Below are positions 48,319 to 58,718 of a stretch of DNA of 64,000 bases, one piece after another. A model generated the notes under the pieces. It was not told where the DNA came from and did not search any database. It saw nothing but the letters and a program-made list of their open reading frames with translations. This DNA is from Acidobacteriota bacterium (GTDB lineage Bacteria > Acidobacteriota > UBA890 > WLXD01), in NCBI GenBank assembly GCA_965248695.1, contig CBDFKD010000002.1, forward strand, positions 4,928,001 to 4,992,000, read 5' to 3'. A program made the position numbers and the translations under genes. The first letter of the stretch is position 1. Each line of letters opens with the position of its first letter.

Positions 48319-49574
48319 GCTTGAAGGCGATTCGCGGCACTCGCGACATCCTGCCGGGTGAGGTCGAGCGCTGGCAGCTCGTCGAGGCGGCCGCTCGCGA
48401 GGTGTTCGCGCTCTATGGCTTCCGGGAGATGCGGACGCCGATCTTCGAGGACAGCGCGGTGTTCTTGAAGGGCACCGGAGAAGCCACCGACATCGTGCAG
48501 AAAGAGATGTACCGCTTCGAGGATCTCGGCGGCAACGATCTGACGCTCCGCCCCGAGGGCACACCCCCGGTGATTCGTGCCTATCTCGAGCACGGGCTGA
48601 GCCAGGGGCTGTCGATGGATCGCTTCTACTACGTCGGTCCGATGTTCCGCTACGAGCGCCCGCAGAAGGGTCGATTTCGTCAATTCCATCAGATCGGCGT
48701 GGAGGCGCTCGGATCGGCTTCGCCGCGTGTCGACGCCGAGATCATGGAAATGGCGATGCGGTGGTTGGGCCAGCTCGATGTCCACGCGCCACGGCTGACG
48801 CTCAACACGGTCGGCGACCAGGAAACCCGGACGGCCTACCTGGCAGAGCTGGTGCGCGCTCAGACGGAGCACCTGGACGCTCTGTGCGGGGACTGTCACC
48901 GTCGGCACGCGACCAACCCGCTGCGGGTATTCGACTGCAAGATCCCGGGGTGCCAACCGATCCTCGATCTGCTGCCGACCATCCACGCGTCGCTGTCGGC
49001 AAGCTCGGCCCGACATTTCGAGCGCGTACAGCAGTTGCTCGACCGCTGGGGCGTCGAGTTCCGGCTGGAACCGCGGCTCGTTCGCGGTCTGGACTACTAC
49101 CGGGAGACCGTCTTCGAGATCACCTCGGAGGCACTCGGTGCGCAGGACTCGCTTCTCGGCGGCGGCAGGTACGACGGGCTGGTGGCGCAGATGGGTGGTG
49201 AGGATCGTCCCGGGACCGGCTTCGCCTCCGGTGTCGAACGGATCCTCCTGGCAATGCCCGAGGCGGCGGAGTCCTTCGCGGCGGATGTTTTCGTCGTCGC
49301 TTTCGATAAGCCATCGACGGCCGTGGTGCATGAGCTGGTACATGGCCTGCGCGCGGCGGGGGTACGCACGCTCAGCGCTGCCTACGACGAGCGCAACAAG
49401 AAGGCACAATCGCGAGCGGCGAAGCGATCGGGTGCTCCATGGCAGCTCGTTGTGGGGCCGGATGAAATTGCTGCGGGTCAGTACACTCTCAAGCGGATCA
49501 CTGACGGCGAGCGCGTACAGATCGACGCCACCGAGCTGCCCGCAAGGGTTGCGGAGCTGTTGAAGGCCCCGTAG
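48315..49574 (+). CDS. hisS: Histidine--tRNA ligase
   Basis: RGTRD.LP, TDIVQKEMY, LRPEGT, FRYERPQKGR.RQF.Q, LVRGLDYY, GGGRYDGL. Confidence 0.98.
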   Translation: MSLKAIRGTRDILPGEVERWQLVEAAAREVFALYGFREMRTPIFEDSAVFLKGTGEATDIVQKEMYRFEDLGGNDLTLRPEGTPPVIRAYLEHGLSQGLSMDRFYYVGPMFRYERPQKGRFRQFHQIGVEALGSASPRVDAEIMEMAMRWLGQLDVHAPRLTLNTVGDQETRTAYLAELVRAQTEHLDALCGDCHRRHATNPLRVFDCKIPGCQPILDLLPTIHASLSASSARHFERVQQLLDRWGVEFRLEPRLVRGLDYYRETVFEITSEALGAQDSLLGGGRYDGLVAQMGGEDRPGTGFASGVERILLAMPEAAESFAADVFVVAFDKPSTAVVHELVHGLRAAGVRTLSAAYDERNKKAQSRAAKRSGAPWQLVVGPDEIAAGQYTLKRITDGERVQIDATELPARVAELLKAP

Positions 49575-49591
49575 CCAGCGACGAGGAACGC

Positions 49592-51388
49592 ATGCGCAGA
49601 ACCCATCGCTGTGGAGAGATCTCACGTGACCAGATCGGGGCATCCGTGTGCCTGCAGGGCTGGGTCTGGCATCGTCGCGATCTCGGCGGGCTGATCTTCG
49701 TTGACCTGCGCGACCGTGCCGGCTGGATTCAGTGTGTCCTCAACCCCGAAGAGGCCTCGGAGGCGCACGGCACGGCCGGTGACTGGCGGCCGGAGTACGT
49801 CGTCGAGGTGCGGGGCGTCGTCGTCGCGCGGTCGGAGGAGACGATCAATCCCGTCGTTGCGAACGGTGACGTGGAGGTCCGCGTCGAGGACGTGGCGACC
49901 ATATCCACCTCAGATACGCCCCCGTTCGTCATCGAGGAGGACGCGCGCGCCTCCGAAGAGCTCCGCCTGCGTGAGCGCTTCCTCGATCTGCGACGGCCGC
50001 CCATGCAATCGGCCCTGGCGTTGAGGCATCGGCTGGCTATGGCAACGCGCGCAGTGCTCGACGAACAGGGGTTTCTCGAGATCGAGACGCCCATGTTGAC
50101 GCGCTCCACGCCCGAGGGTGCGCGTGACTACCTGGTGCCCAGTCGGGTGCACCCGGGCAGCTTCTATGCGCTTCCGCAGAGCCCGCAGCTGTTCAAACAG
50201 CTGCTGATGGTGTCCGGCTTCGACCGTTACTTCCAGATCGTGCGCTGCTTCCGCGATGAGGATCTGCGCGCTGATCGGCAGCCGGAGTTCACCCAAATAG
50301 ATATCGAGATGAGCTTCGTCGAAGCGCACGACGTTCGGGCGGTGGCAGAGTCCCTGATGATGCAGATCCTGACCGCCAGTGGGCACGAGGTGGCGCCGGG
50401 ATTCCCGCAGCTGAGCTTTCGCGAGGCGATCGATCGCTTCGGCTCCGATCGACCCGACATGCGATACGCAAACGAGCTCGCAGACGTCACCGAGCACTTC
50501 GCCGCCAGCGGCTTCCGCGCCTTTGCCGACGTTGCCTCGGCCGGTGGTGCCGTCAAGGCGCTGCGCGTTCCTGGCGCGGCGAGCTGGGGACGGGCGCGTT
50601 TCGACAAGCTCACCGAGGCGGCGCGCGAGTGTGGTGCCAAGGGACTGGTCTGGGCAAAGCGGGCCGATGGAGAGATCAGCTCTCCGATCGCCAAGTTTCT
50701 CGAGGCGGGCGTGCTGGAGTCGGTGCTGGATGGCTGTGGGGTGGAGAACGGAGACGCCGTGCTCCTGGTGGGCGACCGGTGGGAGGTAGCCGCTACCACG
50801 CTCGGCACGCTGCGCACGTCGCTCGCCAGGTCGGAGGGTTGGATCGGATCCGGGTTGTGTTTCTTGTGGGTCAATGAATTTCCGCTCCTCGAGTCCACTG
50901 CCGAAGCCGGCCGCCTGACCGCGCGTCATCATCCGTTCACATCGCCGGTGGACGAGGACCTGCACCTACTGGAAAGCGATCCGCTGGCGGTCAGGGCGCA
51001 GTCGTATGATCTGGTGCTCAACGGTGTCGAGCTTGGCGGCGGGAGCATCAGGATTCATCGAGGTGATGTGCAGCAGCGCGTCTTCGCTGCGCTGGGCGTC
51101 GATGACCACGAGGCGAGGGAGAAGTTCGGCTTCCTGCTGCGCGCGCTTCGCTACGGTGCCCCCCCTCACGGTGGCATTGCCCTGGGCTTCGATCGTATCG
51201 TGATGATGATGGCGGCGAAGAAGAGCTTGCGAGATGTCATTGCGTTCCCGAAGACCACACGCGCCTCGGATCTCCTGACCGAGGCGCCTGGCCCAGCGTC
51301 GGACGAACAGCTGCAAGAGCTACATATCCGCGTCAAGGCGTTGCCGTCCCCGGCAGACGCCGGAGAAGAGTCGGATGACGCAGGGTAA
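49592..51388 (+). CDS. aspS: Aspartate--tRNA ligase
   Basis: RRDLGGLIFVDLRD, STPEGARDY, LPQSPQLFKQ, FRDEDLRADRQPEFTQ, HHPFT, PPHGGIALG.DR. Confidence 0.98.
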   Translation: MRRTHRCGEISRDQIGASVCLQGWVWHRRDLGGLIFVDLRDRAGWIQCVLNPEEASEAHGTAGDWRPEYVVEVRGVVVARSEETINPVVANGDVEVRVEDVATISTSDTPPFVIEEDARASEELRLRERFLDLRRPPMQSALALRHRLAMATRAVLDEQGFLEIETPMLTRSTPEGARDYLVPSRVHPGSFYALPQSPQLFKQLLMVSGFDRYFQIVRCFRDEDLRADRQPEFTQIDIEMSFVEAHDVRAVAESLMMQILTASGHEVAPGFPQLSFREAIDRFGSDRPDMRYANELADVTEHFAASGFRAFADVASAGGAVKALRVPGAASWGRARFDKLTEAARECGAKGLVWAKRADGEISSPIAKFLEAGVLESVLDGCGVENGDAVLLVGDRWEVAATTLGTLRTSLARSEGWIGSGLCFLWVNEFPLLESTAEAGRLTARHHPFTSPVDEDLHLLESDPLAVRAQSYDLVLNGVELGGGSIRIHRGDVQQRVFAALGVDDHEAREKFGFLLRALRYGAPPHGGIALGFDRIVMMMAAKKSLRDVIAFPKTTRASDLLTEAPGPASDEQLQELHIRVKALPSPADAGEESDDAG

Positions 51389-52391
51389 GCTGCGCGCCGA
51401 CCCCGGGCGTCGGATCGACCTGGCGGAGCGCACCGCACAGGTGATCTTCGGTATTCACGACGAGAACCTGCAGCTGCTGGAGCGCGAGCTCGGAGTGCAG
51501 ATCTCGGCGCGCGGTCAGGAAGTGTTCCTGGAGGGCGATACGGAGCAGGTCGACATCGCGGCGCGCATCTTGACCGCCCTGGGTCGGGTGGCGGAACGAG
51601 GTCGTGAGATCAAGGTAGCGGAAGTCCGGACGGCGATTCAGGTGGCTACCGAACAGCCGGAGCTATCCATCGAGGACTTCTTCACCGATATCGAGATTCC
51701 GGCATTCAAGGGACGCTCGGTTCGACCAAAGGGGCCGAACCAGCGGCGCTACCTCGAGGCGATTCGGAAGCATGATCTCGTTTTCGCCGTGGGTCCGGCG
51801 GGTACCGGCAAGACATTTCTGGCCATGGCGATGGCCATCGAGGCGCTCAACGCGCGTCGCGTGCGCCGCATCGTGTTGGCGCGCCCGGCGATCGAGGCGG
51901 GCGAGCGCTTGGGGTTCCTGCCGGGCGACATGATCGAGAAGGTCAACCCCTACCTACGACCCCTCTACGACGCGCTGTACTCCCTGGTCGGCTTTGACCG
52001 CGCCGCGCGCCTCATCGAGCGCGATCAGATCGAGATCGCGCCGCTGGCTTTCATGCGAGGCCGAACCCTTGCCGATGCGTTCGTGATCCTCGACGAAGCC
52101 CAGAACACCACCCCGGATCAGATGAAGATGCTGCTGACCCGCCTAGGTCTCAACTCCCGCGCCGTGGTAAACGGCGACGTGACCCAGATCGATCTGCGCG
52201 CGGATCAGCGCTCCGGTCTCGTCGAGGCGAGCACCATGCTTGCCGGCATCGAGGGCATCGCTCACGTCAAGTTCAGTCGAAGCGACGTCGTGCGTCACGA
52301 GCTGGTCAAGCAGATCGTACGCGCCTACGAGCAACACGAGAAGCACGGCGGGACGAGCCGAGCAAGGGCGTCGACAGATCGACATGACTGA
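51375..52391 (+). CDS. phoH: PhoH-family ATPase (YbeZ-like)
   Basis: GPAGTGKT, LGFLPGD, APLAFMRGRT, DEAQN, GDVTQIDL, DVVRH. Confidence 0.93.
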   Translation: MTQGKLRADPGRRIDLAERTAQVIFGIHDENLQLLERELGVQISARGQEVFLEGDTEQVDIAARILTALGRVAERGREIKVAEVRTAIQVATEQPELSIEDFFTDIEIPAFKGRSVRPKGPNQRRYLEAIRKHDLVFAVGPAGTGKTFLAMAMAIEALNARRVRRIVLARPAIEAGERLGFLPGDMIEKVNPYLRPLYDALYSLVGFDRAARLIERDQIEIAPLAFMRGRTLADAFVILDEAQNTTPDQMKMLLTRLGLNSRAVVNGDVTQIDLRADQRSGLVEASTMLAGIEGIAHVKFSRSDVVRHELVKQIVRAYEQHEKHGGTSRARASTDRHD

Positions 52392-54699
52392 GGACGACGG
52401 CCGAAAACCGGGCCAGATCGAGAGCTTGCTGGACCGCGAGCACGTGTGGTCGGTGCTTGCCGGCTTGGTGATCGTGTTCTTGATCAGTGGCCAGCAGAGC
52501 ATCCGGACGTACGACTACGCCGGCGGCGACGTGGTCGAGGCGGATATCGTGGCTCCGATCGAGCTGCGTGTGCCTGACCCGGAGTCCACCGCACGTCGGC
52601 GTGACGAGGCACGCGACGCTGTTCTCGACGTCTACGATTTCGATCCGTTCGCCTGGCGGGAGCCGGTGGCGTCGCTCAACGCCTTGTTCGCCTGGGGCCG
52701 TGAGCAAGTCGCCGACGCCGAGCCTTGGTCGGACCTGGACCGCGACCGACGGGCGCAGCTGACCTCCGAGGCCGACTCCGTGGTCGGATTGATGCTACCG
52801 GACGGGGTCATCGAGCCCGCATGGGACGAGGGCTTCAGGGCCGAGACCGAGCTGGCAGCGGAGCGGCTGCTGCGAAGCCACGTTCAGCATTCGTTGCTCG
52901 GCACGACGCAGGTGCTGAGTCTCGGCCGCAACAACGCCATCCGTATCCGCGACATCGCCGATCAGGAGGAGCGCGACCTCGATGACCTGAGCGGCATAGT
53001 TGACCTGGAGACCGCTCGTGGTCGCCTACGCCGCCAGCTCGTGGAGGTGGTCGACGTCGAGGCCCGAATGGAGGATGGCCTGGCGGCCTTGCTCGGCCAG
53101 CTGCTGTTGCCGAACCTGACGTTCAACAGCAACGAAACGCTGACTCGAAGACAGGGCGCCGCCGGCGCTGTCGAGCCCGTCTTCTACCAGGTGAAGCGCG
53201 GCCGCACGATTGCTCGTGAGGGCGACGCGGTAAATGACCAGGTGCTGCGCGAGTTGGCAGCGTTCCGACAGCAGGGGGCGCCGGGCGGCTCGCGCACGGC
53301 TACCGGGGGCATCTTGCTGTTGGTCGGCCTGGCGATCGTGGCCATGTGGCGCTACGTGCGCCACTACCGGCGACGCCATAGCGTGATCCGAGTCGCGCGG
53401 CTGCACCACCTGCTGCTGGTGCTGCTGGTGGGCACCACCTTGGTGACGCGCGTGATGCTCTTCATCGGCGATGCCGTGGCGCGGTCGTTCGCCCAGCCGC
53501 CCTACAACGTGGCCGAGGCGTACCCCTACGCGTTGCCGGTCGCCGCCGGCGCGCTCCTCGTGGTGCTGCTTGTCGACGCCGATGTGGCGTGGATCTACGC
53601 CGCGGTTCAGGCAGTGATTCTGGGCGTCATGACCAGCAGCCTCGAGATTGCCATGTATGCGCTGCTGAGCTCGTTTGCAGCGGTCTTCGCGCTGGCGCGA
53701 TACAGCCAGCGTACGGCGATGGCGCGCACCGTCGTGGTCGTGGGGCTGGTCAACGTCGTGGTGGTGCTCGGATTCGCGCTGCTGGCGCAGCCAGCACCTC
53801 CGTGGTCGCTCGCCGGCTTCCAGGGAGCGCTGGCCTTCTTCGGCGGCATTCAGGTGGCCGTGTTGGCGATGGCGGTCTTGCCGCCTCTCGAGTCGATGTT
53901 CAACACGCTTACCGACATCAAGCTGCTCGAGCTGTCCAACATGAACCTGCCGCTGCTCAAGCAACTGGCGGTCGTTGCTCCGGGCACCTATCACCACAGC
54001 GTGGTGGTCGGCACCCTGGCCGAGAAAGCGGCCGAAGCGATCGGTGCCAACCCGCTGTTCGCGCGTGTGTCGGCCTACTACCACGACGTCGGCAAGATGC
54101 GGCAGCCGGAGTATTTCATCGAGAACCAGAAAGACGGGCGCAACCCGCACGATCGCCTGGCGCCGCAGATGAGCGCGCTCGTTCTCATACGCCACGTCAA
54201 GGATGGCATCGCCTACGCCGAGGAACACCGCCTACCGCAGGCGCTGATCGATATCGTGCCGCAGCACCACGGCACTCGATTCATGCGCTACTTCCATGAG
54301 CGCGCCCTGCAGCAGTCGGAGAACGAGGAGACCCAGGTGCGCGAGGAAGACTTCCGTTACCCGGGGCCGAAGCCACAGAGCCGCGAGGCGGCGCTCATCA
54401 TGCTCGCCGACGGAGTCGAGGCGATGTCGCGTCTGATCGACGAGCCGACCGAGGTCAAGCTGCGCGAGATGATTCGCCGCAACGTCCGTGAGGTTCTCGA
54501 CGACGGTCAGCTCGACGAGTGCGACATGACCTTGGCGGACCTTTCAAAGGCGACGGAGGCGTTCGTCGAGGTCCTCTCCGGCATGCATCATCATCGCATC
54601 GAGTATCCGGAGGACCGCTCGGAATCGGCCGACCACCAGGCCGCCGATTCCGCCGAGGCTCCCGGTCCCGAGCCCCGTGCCGCACAGGCGGCCGATTGA
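52384..54699 (+). CDS. 7TM-HD family phosphohydrolase (PgpH/YqfF-like)
   Basis: Extracellular domain, 7 TM helices, APGTYHHS, YHDVGK, FIENQ, HHGT, FRYPGPKP, LADGVEA. Confidence 0.9.
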   Translation: MTEDDGRKPGQIESLLDREHVWSVLAGLVIVFLISGQQSIRTYDYAGGDVVEADIVAPIELRVPDPESTARRRDEARDAVLDVYDFDPFAWREPVASLNALFAWGREQVADAEPWSDLDRDRRAQLTSEADSVVGLMLPDGVIEPAWDEGFRAETELAAERLLRSHVQHSLLGTTQVLSLGRNNAIRIRDIADQEERDLDDLSGIVDLETARGRLRRQLVEVVDVEARMEDGLAALLGQLLLPNLTFNSNETLTRRQGAAGAVEPVFYQVKRGRTIAREGDAVNDQVLRELAAFRQQGAPGGSRTATGGILLLVGLAIVAMWRYVRHYRRRHSVIRVARLHHLLLVLLVGTTLVTRVMLFIGDAVARSFAQPPYNVAEAYPYALPVAAGALLVVLLVDADVAWIYAAVQAVILGVMTSSLEIAMYALLSSFAAVFALARYSQRTAMARTVVVVGLVNVVVVLGFALLAQPAPPWSLAGFQGALAFFGGIQVAVLAMAVLPPLESMFNTLTDIKLLELSNMNLPLLKQLAVVAPGTYHHSVVVGTLAEKAAEAIGANPLFARVSAYYHDVGKMRQPEYFIENQKDGRNPHDRLAPQMSALVLIRHVKDGIAYAEEHRLPQALIDIVPQHHGTRFMRYFHERALQQSENEETQVREEDFRYPGPKPQSREAALIMLADGVEAMSRLIDEPTEVKLREMIRRNVREVLDDGQLDECDMTLADLSKATEAFVEVLSGMHHHRIEYPEDRSESADHQAADSAEAPGPEPRAAQAAD

Positions 54700-55163
54700 G
54701 CGTCGTGGTGCGGAATCAGCAGGTCCGGCCGGTGTTGCCCGCCCGCCAGCTGGGCCAGGTGGTCGATGTCGCGCGCCGGTTCGTCGGCGGCAGCCTCGGA
54801 GTCGTCGCCTTTGCCTTTGTCGACGACGCCCGCATGACCGACCACCATCAGCGATTCCTGGATAGGGATTGCACCACCGACGTGCTCTCGTTCCCGGTGG
54901 ACGAGGACGAACGCTCGGCCATGCCGGCAGGCTCGGATGACGCGAACGAGCCTCGATACTGGGGTGACGTGATGATCTGTACCGACCAGGCTGCCCGCCA
55001 GGCGCGCCAACTCGGCCATCCGTATCCCTACGAGCTCACGGTCCTGGCACTGCACGGAACGTTGCATTTGCTCGGCTACGATCACACAAGCGACGGCGGG
55101 ATCATGTCGCGTCTGGAGCACTCGCTGCGGCCGCGTTGCGTCGCCGCGGGAAGGTCCGGATGA
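54696..55163 (+). CDS. ybeY: rRNA maturation RNase YbeY
   Basis: TDVLSFP, GDVMI, HGTLHLLGYDH zinc motif. Confidence 0.93.
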   Translation: MSVVVRNQQVRPVLPARQLGQVVDVARRFVGGSLGVVAFAFVDDARMTDHHQRFLDRDCTTDVLSFPVDEDERSAMPAGSDDANEPRYWGDVMICTDQAARQARQLGHPYPYELTVLALHGTLHLLGYDHTSDGGIMSRLEHSLRPRCVAAGRSG

Positions 55164-56386
55164 CCGCCGGCGAGATCATCGCACTGGTCGGTACCGGGGT
55201 GCTGCTGGTGGTGTCCGCCGCCGTTTCGGTCGCCGGCCGCAGCTTGAGTCGCTTGCAGCGCCGCGAGTGGACCAGTGGAAGTCTGGCCGACGATGCCGAC
55301 GAGGTCGGCTCCTCGGCGGTCGAGGTCGCCTTCGTGTCGCTGGGCCTGGCGCGACAGCTGCTGCTGGTCGGGTTGGCGGTGCAGATCGCCAATGTTGCGG
55401 CGCGTCTTGCCTGGCAGCCGCCGCTGCTTGCGCCGCTGGTCGTAACGGTGCTGGCTTACCTGGTGGTCGACAAGCTGGCGCCGTACTGGCTGGTCGCGCT
55501 GATGGGCTCCAACGCGGTGCTGAACGTCGGCGGCAGGTGGTTCCGATTGGTGCGCGTCGTGTTCGGGCCGCTCGCCGGCTATCTGTCGCGAACAGCGGAT
55601 CGAGCGCGAGCCCGCAATCGAGCCGACCAGAACGATGCCGAGCGCGACGACCTGGGCGCGTTCCTTGATCTGGCCGAGGAGGAGGGCCTGGTCAGCGAAT
55701 CCGAAGAGGCGCTGCTGCGCGGTGTCGCCGATCTGGACGAGACCACCGTCCGCGAAGTGATGACGCCGCGTGTCGACGTGATGGCCATCGATGCGTCGGA
55801 GAGCCTCGCGGCGTTGAGGGGGCTGATCGCCGAGCACCGACTGTCGCGCATTCCCGTGGTGGCCGACGATCTGGACCATGTGGTCGGGGTGGTGAACCTG
55901 AAGGACCTGGTGGCGGCATTGCAGGACCAGCCCGATGAGGCGCCGGTGACCAGCATCGCGCGGCCGGCCTTTTTCGTTCCCGAGAGCAAGCACGCGAGCG
56001 AGCTGCTGGGCGAGTTCCAGCGCCGCCGGGAGCAAATAGCGATCGTTGTCGATGAGTACGGCGGCACGGCCGGACTGGCCACGCTAGAGGACGTGCTCGA
56101 GGAGATCGTGGGCGAGATCCAAGACGAGGACGAGGTCGAGGAACGGCTCGTCGAGATCCGGGCTGACGGCGCGATTGTTGCCGGGAAGGCCGAGATCGAG
56201 GACGTCGAGGAGGCCATCGGCCGCCAGATCCAGGAAGGTGAGTTCCACACCATCGGCGGTATGGTCTTCACCCACCTGGGCCGCATTCCGGAGCCGGGGG
56301 AGCGCTTCGACTGCTCAGATCTGCATATCGAGGTGCTCGAGGCGGACGACCGCCGCATCCATCGGATCCGCATCACGACACTCTGA
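55160..56386 (+). CDS. Hemolysin/CorC-type protein (membrane domain, 2 CBS domains, CorC domain)
   Basis: VREVMTPR, SRIPV, FVPESK, VVDEYGGTAGL.TLEDVLEEIVGEIQDE, TIGG. Confidence 0.9.
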   Translation: MTAGEIIALVGTGVLLVVSAAVSVAGRSLSRLQRREWTSGSLADDADEVGSSAVEVAFVSLGLARQLLLVGLAVQIANVAARLAWQPPLLAPLVVTVLAYLVVDKLAPYWLVALMGSNAVLNVGGRWFRLVRVVFGPLAGYLSRTADRARARNRADQNDAERDDLGAFLDLAEEEGLVSESEEALLRGVADLDETTVREVMTPRVDVMAIDASESLAALRGLIAEHRLSRIPVVADDLDHVVGVVNLKDLVAALQDQPDEAPVTSIARPAFFVPESKHASELLGEFQRRREQIAIVVDEYGGTAGLATLEDVLEEIVGEIQDEDEVEERLVEIRADGAIVAGKAEIEDVEEAIGRQIQEGEFHTIGGMVFTHLGRIPEPGERFDCSDLHIEVLEADDRRIHRIRITTL

Positions 56387-56423
56387 GCCGAGCTGTCATC
56401 GGCGTCGAGAAGACGGGAATCTC

Positions 56424-57347
56424 ATGCACGGGAAGCACTCCGATGCCGCGCCACGGGCCGACGGTTTTCGGTGCGGTACCGTCACCTTCGTCGGGCGGCC
56501 CAACGCCGGCAAGTCGACGCTGCTGAACCGCCTCGTCGGCAGCAAGATTTCGATCGTGTCCGACAAGCCACAGACGACGCGCCACCGGATCAGCGGCATT
56601 CTGACCGAGGATCGCGGACAGACGGTGTTTGTCGACACCCCGGGTGTGCACCGTCCCCACTACCGCATGAACCGTCGCATGATGCAGGTCACACGCCGGG
56701 CGATGCTCGACGTCGACTTGGTGGCGGTGCTGATCGATGTCACCGAGCGTCGCGGCGCAGGTGTTGACTACCTGATGGGAACAGTGCGCGACACGAGCGT
56801 TACCACCGTCCTGTTGCTCAACAAGGTGGATCGCATTGCCAAGCCCAAGTTGTTGCCGGCCATCGACTGGTTCCGACAGCAACATGCCTTTGCGGATATC
56901 ATTCCGATCTCTGCACTCGCTGGCGACAACTGCGACGCGTTCGTAGACGCGGTCTTTCGTCACCTACCGCCAGGTCCGCTGCTATATCCCGACGAGACGC
57001 TCACGGATCGCTCGGTGCGCTTCATGGCGGCTGAGATGGTGCGCGAGGAGCTCCTGCATCGTACGCGCGAGGAGCTTCCGTACACCACTGCGGTGACCGT
57101 CGATCGCTGGGAGGAGGACGGCGATGAGGGTACGGTGCAGATCGGCGCGACGATCTACGTCGAGCGCGCCGGCCAGAAGCCGATCGTCATTGGCAAGGGC
57201 GGATCGATGTTGCGCCGGGTAGGTACGGCGGCTCGCCGGCAGATCGAGGACCTCATTGGCCGGCATGTGGTGCTCGAGTTATGGGTCAAGGTGAAGCCGG
57301 AATGGCGTCAACAGGCCAGGTTGCTCGACGAGATGGAGATCACTTGA
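56424..57347 (+). CDS. era: GTPase Era
   Basis: GRPNAGKSTL.N, KPQTTR, DTPG, NKVD, EELPY, VIGKGG, LWVKV. Confidence 0.97.
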   Translation: MHGKHSDAAPRADGFRCGTVTFVGRPNAGKSTLLNRLVGSKISIVSDKPQTTRHRISGILTEDRGQTVFVDTPGVHRPHYRMNRRMMQVTRRAMLDVDLVAVLIDVTERRGAGVDYLMGTVRDTSVTTVLLLNKVDRIAKPKLLPAIDWFRQQHAFADIIPISALAGDNCDAFVDAVFRHLPPGPLLYPDETLTDRSVRFMAAEMVREELLHRTREELPYTTAVTVDRWEEDGDEGTVQIGATIYVERAGQKPIVIGKGGSMLRRVGTAARRQIEDLIGRHVVLELWVKVKPEWRQQARLLDEMEIT

Positions 57348-58717
57348 TGCACCGTCAGCGCGTCAGCCTCATGATGCAGCCGCTTCGTCGGCTGCTGCAG
57401 CGCGGTGCGCGCGCGCATGCGGTGAACTTCGTCTCCAAGGTGCACGCCGCCGATGTGGCGAGGCTACTGACCCGGCTGGATGAAGACGAGGGCGTCGACG
57501 TGTTCGACCTCGTGCTGGCTGATGCACCGCGGCGCGCCGGCGAGGTGCTAGCGGAGCTGGAGCCGTCCGATGTGGCGCGGTTGCTGGAGGGGCGCCCGGA
57601 AACTGAGATCGCCACGATCTTCGCGGAGGTGGGAGCCGACGACGCCGCGGAACTGGTGACGGCTCTGCCTGAAGACGTTGCCGCCCGCGTGCTCGAGCAG
57701 CTCGAACGCATCGGGCACGAGGAGGTCGAGGGCCTGCTCGGCTACGACGAGGACACCGCCGGCAGAATCATGAGCCCGGAGGTCTTCGCGTTGCACGAGG
57801 AGCTGACTATCGCCGAGGCCATCGAGGCCCTTCGGCAGTCGCGCTCGGAAGACCTGGAGATGGCGTTCTACCTGTACGTGGTCGATGAGCGCGGTCACCT
57901 GGTGGGCGTGTGCTCGTTGCGCGATCTGCTGCTTCGTGGCGCCAGCGAGCGCCTGCAGGAGGTCATGAAGACGCGCTTGGTGGCCGTGAACGTGGACACC
58001 GATCAGGAGGAGGTCGCCAATCTGGTGGCGCGTTACAACTACCTCGCGCTACCGGTCGTGGATCACGAGAACAAGCTGACCGGCATGGTGACCGTTGACG
58101 ACATCATCGACATCATGCGGGAAGAGGAGACGGAGGACATCCTGCTGATGGCGGGTGTCGGTGAGGATGAGGAAGAAGTTCTGACGGCCCCGCTCTGGCG
58201 CAACGTGCTCCTGCGCCTCCCGTGGCTGTTCGCGGCGTGGATCGGCGGCGTGGTGGCGGCGCAGGTAATCGAGCACTTCGAGGATCTACTCTCGCAGATG
58301 ATCGTGCTGGCCGTGTTCATTCCGATCATCGTCGGTATGGGCGGCAACGTCGGCACTCAGGCTGCGACCATCGTCGTGCGTGGCATGGCCACCGGCCGGC
58401 TGGTGACCGGACAGCGGATGGCGACGGTGCTGCGCGAGCTCCGGGTGGCGTTCACGCTGGGCATGCTCTTCGGTGTATTGCTCGGAGTGACAGTCTACTT
58501 CCGCAATCCCGAGGTTCCGGCGCTCGCGATCACGGTCGGTTTGTCGCTCGTCTCCTGCATGGTGTTGGCGGCCACAGTGGGCGCGGCGACGCCGATCATG
58601 CTCAACCGTTTCGGGGTCGACCCCGCAATCGCCACCGGACCGTTCGTCACCACGGCAATCGACGTTCTGGGAATCGTCGCCTACTTCAGCATCGCCAGCC
58701 TGCTCGTCTTTCGCTGA
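57347..58717 (+). CDS. mgtE: Magnesium transporter MgtE
   Basis: TAGRIM, CBS pair, RLPWL, GMGGNVGTQ, DPA.ATGPFVTT..D. Confidence 0.96.
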   Translation: MHRQRVSLMMQPLRRLLQRGARAHAVNFVSKVHAADVARLLTRLDEDEGVDVFDLVLADAPRRAGEVLAELEPSDVARLLEGRPETEIATIFAEVGADDAAELVTALPEDVAARVLEQLERIGHEEVEGLLGYDEDTAGRIMSPEVFALHEELTIAEAIEALRQSRSEDLEMAFYLYVVDERGHLVGVCSLRDLLLRGASERLQEVMKTRLVAVNVDTDQEEVANLVARYNYLALPVVDHENKLTGMVTVDDIIDIMREEETEDILLMAGVGEDEEEVLTAPLWRNVLLRLPWLFAAWIGGVVAAQVIEHFEDLLSQMIVLAVFIPIIVGMGGNVGTQAATIVVRGMATGRLVTGQRMATVLRELRVAFTLGMLFGVLLGVTVYFRNPEVPALAITVGLSLVSCMVLAATVGAATPIMLNRFGVDPAIATGPFVTTAIDVLGIVAYFSIASLLVFR

Positions 58718-58718
58718 C

